Below the pieces are notes generated by a model that worked only from the letters and a program-made list of their open reading frames with translations, was not told where the DNA came from and did no database searches. Both the position numbers and the translations under genes were made by a program. 64,000 bases of DNA from Hamiltosporidium tvaerminnensis FI-OER-3-3 (Eukaryota; Fungi; Microsporidia), in assembly GCA_022605425.2 (NCBI GenBank), contig JAKIMF020000004.1, forward strand, positions 1,178,001 through 1,242,000, given 5' to 3'. Shown one piece after another: positions 63,853 to 64,000 of the stretch; the stretch's first letter is position 1, and each line of letters opens with the position of its first letter.

Positions 63853-64000
63853 GTATTTTAGAAATAAATTATATTTAAATCACCTTTTCACTGGATTTCT
63901 GCGCAACTGCTGTAATTTATATAAATTCTTAAATTGTTCGTAGGATTTTGAAGCCGTTTTTTCCAAGCTTGGATAATTTCACAAAAAAAATAAGTAGAGC

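Overview
Very AT-rich, gene-sparse eukaryotic DNA that looks microsporidian. Hamiltosporidium-like is my inference, from CCC/GGG motifs just upstream of start codons, no introns recognised in the genes, lineage-specific secreted-type ORFs and an R4/Dong-like retrotransposon. There are about six intact-looking genes: an Aa_trans/AVT amino-acid transporter, a possible reduced CCDC47, and four hypothetical proteins, three with signal-peptide or TM features. There are also two disrupted paralogues of a secreted LRR-like family that share near-identical gene-conversion-like tracts. Much of the rest is a mobile-element graveyard: three R4/Dong-like LINE copies, a truncated RTE LINE, a Buster-type hAT relic, an internally deleted Ginger-like element and a tRNA-like SINE head. 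The most striking signal is two families of non-coding retroposons, both with clean target-site duplications (TSDs). Family A has a shared ~100-nt head and occurs as a ~230-nt short form (5 copies, (TAAG)n tail) and as a 730-nt, GC-richer, extensively self-complementary long form (3 copies) with no credible protein-coding content. Family B is a ~235-nt bipartite RTE-derived element (5 copies, (GAT)n tail), and a fragment of its probable partner LINE is also in the window. All alignments and pairings were made by eye; no database search or folding program was run.
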